This document shows positions 54,377-54,708 of a stretch of DNA of 54,708 bases, one piece after another (the first letter of the stretch is position 1; the number at the start of each line of letters is the position of its first letter). The notes under the pieces are model-generated. The model saw only the letters and a program-made list of their open reading frames with translations, was not told the origin of the DNA and ran no database searches. This DNA is from a virus. Its lineage: Duplodnaviria > Caudoviricetes. Made by a program: the position numbers and the translations under genes. The stretch lies in IMG/VR virus record IMGVR_UViG_3300033415_000003, positions 1-54,708 of that record, one strand, 5' to 3'.

Positions 54377-54708
54377 AACTTAAGTTTTTATAATTAGTAA
54401 TTTTCAGATAAATTAATATTAACAATGAGAATTAACCCATTTTACTGCTACATTTGTATCAAAATTTTGATTCAATCCATCTTTAGCTCTAATAAAATCA
54501 CTGATGATAACTGCAAGTTCTTTTTTATCAAAATTTTGTTTATATTCTTTTACAATGATGTTATTAAAATCATCGGTTTTGATTACAATTCCACATCCAT
54601 CTTGCATTCTATGATCTGACACAAATTTATTTTCACAATCTACACCAGTAAACTCTACTAATATAGAAGTTATAATATTATCCGAATTGTAAGATTCTAT
54701 GTATTCAT

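Noticed and set aside
4032-54619. Plus-strand ORFs throughout the window
   Set aside because: All are antisense shadows of well-supported minus-strand genes.
1-54708. Stop-codon reassignment (code 15 or 4) as in some Bacteroidetes phages
   Set aside because: Conserved genes are intact under code 11, TAG and TGA end genes at expected positions (e.g. ligA, ATPase), and no suppressor tRNA is seen.
1-54708. CRISPR array
   Set aside because: No regularly spaced identical repeats; the stem-loop family conserves structure and only a 9-nt motif.

Overview
AT-rich, gene-dense window with essentially all genes on the minus strand. It looks like part of a large (jumbo-type) tailed phage genome of a Bacteroidetes host: the TAnnTTTG promoter element recurs in intergenic gaps, and it carries a T4-like clamp loader and 5'-3' exonuclease, NAD-dependent ligase, thyA/folA, Pth2, NadE and many small phage ORFs. 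Standard genetic code. The main interest is the first 3 kb, a tRNA operon (Cys, Gln, Phe, Tyr x2, Pro x2 plus atypical tRNA-like genes). It is preceded by a 31-codon leader peptide enriched in exactly those amino acids and followed by a mutually exclusive antiterminator/terminator, which looks like a tRNA-sensing attenuator. The operon also contains a ~280-nt RNA reproducing the 23S rRNA uL11-binding (GTPase-associated) domain with compensatory base changes, and three related stem-loop RNAs, two with tRNA-like modules. Elsewhere there is a ~340-nt unknown structured RNA, a 50-bp promoter direct repeat flanking a lipoprotein cassette, dispersed TCWGA-phased intergenic elements, a PspA-like/OmpA/ABC operon, a minimal class II aaRS-like + MazG-like pair and an HD-CoaD fusion. 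All protein calls are from motif recognition by eye; no database search was run.
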